In this document: piece after piece, positions 60,210 through 64,000 of the stretch
Layout: every line of letters begins with the position of its first letter
Numbering within the stretch: the first letter of the stretch is position 1
Assembly: GCA_000165425.1 (NCBI GenBank)
Contig: CT868655.1
Span: 62,001-126,000, forward strand
Source: Paramecium tetraurelia
Lineage: Eukaryota
Direction of reading: 5' to 3'
DNA length: 64,000 nucleotides
The notes under the pieces: generated by a model
Seen by the model: the letters and a program-made list of their open reading frames with translations, nothing else
What the model was told of the DNA's origin: nothing
The model's database searches: none
Made by a program: the position numbers and the translations under genes

Positions 60210-60690
60210 TTTGATCAGACATATGCAATAAATAAATTTAATTTTAAACTTATTTTAGGAATGCAATTAATTTTTATTTCATCATTTTCTATTTTATTAC
60301 TTTCTCCATTTTTCATGCATACATGCAAATGGTTTTTGTTAATTTTAAATGCAAAATTTGTTTCATTTTGTAAGACTAAGATATCATGAAATAATTAAGA
60401 TTCTCCACAATTAATTTAATGTCTATTATAAAGTTAAGGAAACTCTAGAGAAGAAGGCTGAATTTATTAATTTGATAGCCTCGTATATATTATTATGCTA
60501 TTTAAGTTATAATTATATTCTAAGTCAGCATAAAATCTAAAATATGCTTATTTTTTAACATTTTATTAATCAAATTCGATAAGATAAATTACGTTTCTAA
60601 GTTCTTCTTAGAACTTTCTTAATACTGTTATAAATATTCTAAGAATTAGGATAAGATTATTTTAATCAATAATTATTTAATATTACCTTC

Positions 60691-60927
60691 ATGAAATCAA
60701 GTAACACTAGAAAACACAAGAATATCTTGTAAGCACAAATCTATGATGCCTAACAATACTAATTTGAAGAAGAAACTTAGCAATTGTAAGAAAATGGAAA
60801 TTCAAACCAAAATTTCTTTGATTATTCTAAGAGGTATTGTTTTTCTTGATTTAGAATCGAAACGATTGATAGATTCTTGAAAGAACTACAGAGCCTCAAA
60901 CAAATGTCTTTTTATAAAACTGAATGA
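60691..60927 (+). CDS. Small hypothetical protein (about 71 aa)
   Basis: MKSSNTRKHKNILQAQ.. with a 21-nt GT..AG intron, then RIETIDRFLKELQSLKQMSFYKTE-TGA. Confidence 0.5.
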
Positions 60928-61138
60928 CTTGATGAGCTTTTATGTTTATATTTATTAGAGTTGAAATATTTTTCAGAATTTTCAACAATATCTTCTAAAT
61001 TAAAAAGAAAATAAACTATTTTGGAGGACAAGTACTCAATTAAATCACTCTCAAAGATAAAAATATCAATAAATAATTTAAAATTTACTTAAAATCTGTT
61101 TATATAAGTTTTAATCAATATACTATGTTTAATAAAAT

Positions 61139-63326
61139 TCAATATTTTTTTTGTTAAGCACTTTAGGGTCTTGCGATTCTACCAGAGCTAGAAGAAGGAT
61201 CATCTTAAAATTAGAAATACCTTAGTTACTTGCTTTATTCTGATTAAGCATCGGATATTTGAATCCAACTGTAGTTCCTACGTATTTCTAATTGTCTGAC
61301 GTGTAATTCACTTAGTTTGGATCTGAAATCAACAATCATTATTTACTTAGTTCATAAACTTCAGAATTTTCATAAACCAAATCTTTTGGTCTTAAGTCTC
61401 CCCTAACTAATTTAGCTTAATTCAAATCTTAGCTTTTCTAAGCTCAAACAAAATAGTTACATCTACAGTTTTAGTTAACTTGGTTTTTCCAGAACACACT
61501 AAACATCTCTAAGTGACGACTCTATGATTTCCTGTTAAGATACTCACAGTTTCTTATTGGTTTACACTGATGATATAAATACAATATACTAAAGTAATGT
61601 TTATAAATAGTTTGAGAACTCCTCTAATTCTTTCATTCCTTTAGCCAAGATGCCATAATTTTCAGCCATTGTTTTGTATTTTTCTTCCAAGGCTGTAAAT
61701 TTAGCTTTAGTGTCTTCTTCATTAGCTTTTCTAAAGAATATATTAATATTCGATACTCTGCAAGTTATCTCTATAGATCAGTATTATCATTTGATGTCAT
61801 TTATTTCATATACTTTCTCATTTTCTTATCAAGATCTTGTAGCCCTTCCATCTTCTTTTTCATGTCAGCAATATCATTCAATAGATTTCTTATGAACATC
61901 TCAAAGGACATATTTTCTCCACAAGCTTAACCAACTATCTGGAGTATTCTTGCTCTTAATAAACTCATTGGTTACGATATCTCCTTGTCAATAATAGAGA
62001 TAATATCCTCTTTGGATAATTATTATTATTAAGGAGCCTACTTCAAAAGGTTTAGTTGTTATAGGAATCTTTGTTCATTTACATCAATTTTTCTTTTCAA
62101 TTCATTTTCTAATAGTCTTAATTTATTTTCTTAATCTGTATAATCACTTTTTAACCTTTTAATATCAGCTTCTAATGAACAAACTTTATGAGGATCAATG
62201 TCACTTTTTCCCCCTTTTGCTTACCCATCAAAATTTTCAGTCTTGATTTTTAATTCCTCTATGTCTTTCCTGTTTTATTCGCCCCTATACTAACAATCGG
62301 CAATCTTATCATCCATTGATTTGATTTATGGAATCAATTTTTCTAATTGTAAAATGGCATCCATTTTTCTGGACAATTCTCCAACTTTATTTTATAATTC
62401 AACAGTTCTATCACTTAGTATTTGTTTAGTTTATTCGAATTTTTCAAGAGGTGTATATTTCTGAGAGATTGTATCATTCATTTCCTTCAATTGGATTCTT
62501 AATGTTTTGAAATTGTCTTGATTTCTTTCATCGTTGTATTAAAATTTGGCTTTTAATTCAGCCATTTCATTTTAAATTCCCTTAATACCTTCATCTTTCT
62601 ATTTGGCTATGTCTCTCATAACTCTATCATAAACACCTTAACAAGAGGATTCCACAAATTTGTCATTGATTCTTTATTATAATAGCTTTTCACAATCACT
62701 TATTTTCCACAATGTTTTCTTCTCTAACTCATTAATACTTTATTGTAACTGATTTTAATTTTAAGTTGCTGATCTCTCCTAATCCTAAAATCGTTTAGTA
62801 AGTTTCTTATTTAAATCCTCAATTTGATCGGATAATTTAGTTTTTTGTTCTTTCAAGCCCTTCTCCAAATCATCTTTTAAAGCTCTTTTGGCGAGATCAG
62901 CCTCCAATTTGTTGAGTTTAGCTTCCCAATCTTTACTTCGCTTGAATAGATAAGCCATTCCTTAACTGAATACTCGCTCTTTGTTAATTACCATACATAT
63001 AGCATTCTCTATTTGATCTGATCCATTTTCAGCCAATGGTTTCTCCAACTAAAAAGAAATCTATTGCTCGAATTCAGGATCACGTAAAGACATCGACTTA
63101 GCTGTTCTCTGTAAATAGGCTTCATACTATATTTTATTAAATTATATCCTACATCTTGCAATTTCAATACTTGATTCAATTAGATTTATAAGTTGTTTAG
63201 ATAAGAAGAATGTCCATTAACTGTGTTAGTAACTTTCTCCAAATAACTTTTAAGTTGTTCAGCTCTTAAGTCAACTTGAAAAAGAGTCTCTTCCAATAAA
63301 AGAGTTGCTGCTTGTTGTGCTTTCAT
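61139..63326 (-). CDS. Hypothetical long coiled-coil protein with a C-terminal CxxC
   Basis: MKAQQAATLLLEETLFQVDL.., several tiny introns, RCLVCSG near the end, ..RPQSAQQKKY-TGA. Confidence 0.8.
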
Positions 63327-64000
63327 TAATTAACAAAGTTTATAAAATATTAACTTATATTTTATAAACTTATTTAGAATATTTCCCCTTTTGTTATACA
63401 AATACAATTTATTATGCTACTGATGGCTTGATCCTGAAGGTTATAATAGTTCTTTAGGTATAAATAAACCGACATTAAAAACCTTATTCTTATAATATTT
63501 AGAGCGATGAATTCATTTTTTGACTTTATCTATAAGAGTAAATCATTTAAGTTGATATGAACCTTTAGTTTCAATTAATTGTTAACTTTTGATGATCAAT
63601 ATTTCACTACTATAAAAAAAGATATTAAACATTTACTAAATTGAAAATGTAGAATCGTAGAAAACTCATTTGATAGTCTGAAACAGAAAAAAAGAATAAC
63701 GAAATTCAAATTTATTCAATTAACTTATAAGGCTTACTTTTTTGCTTTCAAGATATCATAAGAATTTATCAATGCTTTTTGATGTTCAATTTCTAAAATA
63801 CAAATTAACAATCAAAGTAAACTAATTTATTTGTTAATCACAAAAGTCTTATCTATATTTGGTCATTCCTCTTAAATTGAATAATCTATATATATCATAA
63901 TTTATAACAAACAGATTTTATTTACATTCAGTAAAATCAATCGAAATATAATACTTAGCTACTTTTAATAATAAATTTTTACTCTATATAGACTGAGCAA

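Overview
AT-rich, gene-dense eukaryotic DNA that reads as ciliate macronuclear sequence, almost certainly Paramecium. TAA/TAG encode Gln (translation table 6), TGA is the only stop, introns are about 20-30 nt GT..AG, and intergenic gaps are often under 60 nt. The supplied standard-code ORF track is therefore fragmentary and often antisense noise. Hand translation with code 6 gives about 28 protein genes. They include a mitochondrial carrier (partial), a GRAM/VASt lipid-transfer protein, a Myb protein, four kinases, a DUSP/MYND USP, DRC3, GPR180/TMEM145-like, TTC23-like, ELP5-like, a CTD small phosphatase, a RING/B-box protein, a TmcB-like PAS membrane protein, YIPF, POLD2, SSX2IP-like, CEP76, RPB12, FAH and mitochondrial bL33. 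There is also one frameshifted pseudogene. Main findings: (1) the telomerase RNA gene at about 17613-17822 (+), invisible to the ORF track, with template, boundary element, pseudoknot, helix I/IV, upstream element and Pol III terminator; (2) a RECQL4-like helicase with destroyed ATPase motifs, tail-to-tail with POLD2; (3) a receptor-like 2TM-sensor/HAMP/TPR/VWA protein; (4) CEP76 and RPB12 start codons only 18 nt apart. All gene models and family calls come from manual reading and motif recall, not database searches.
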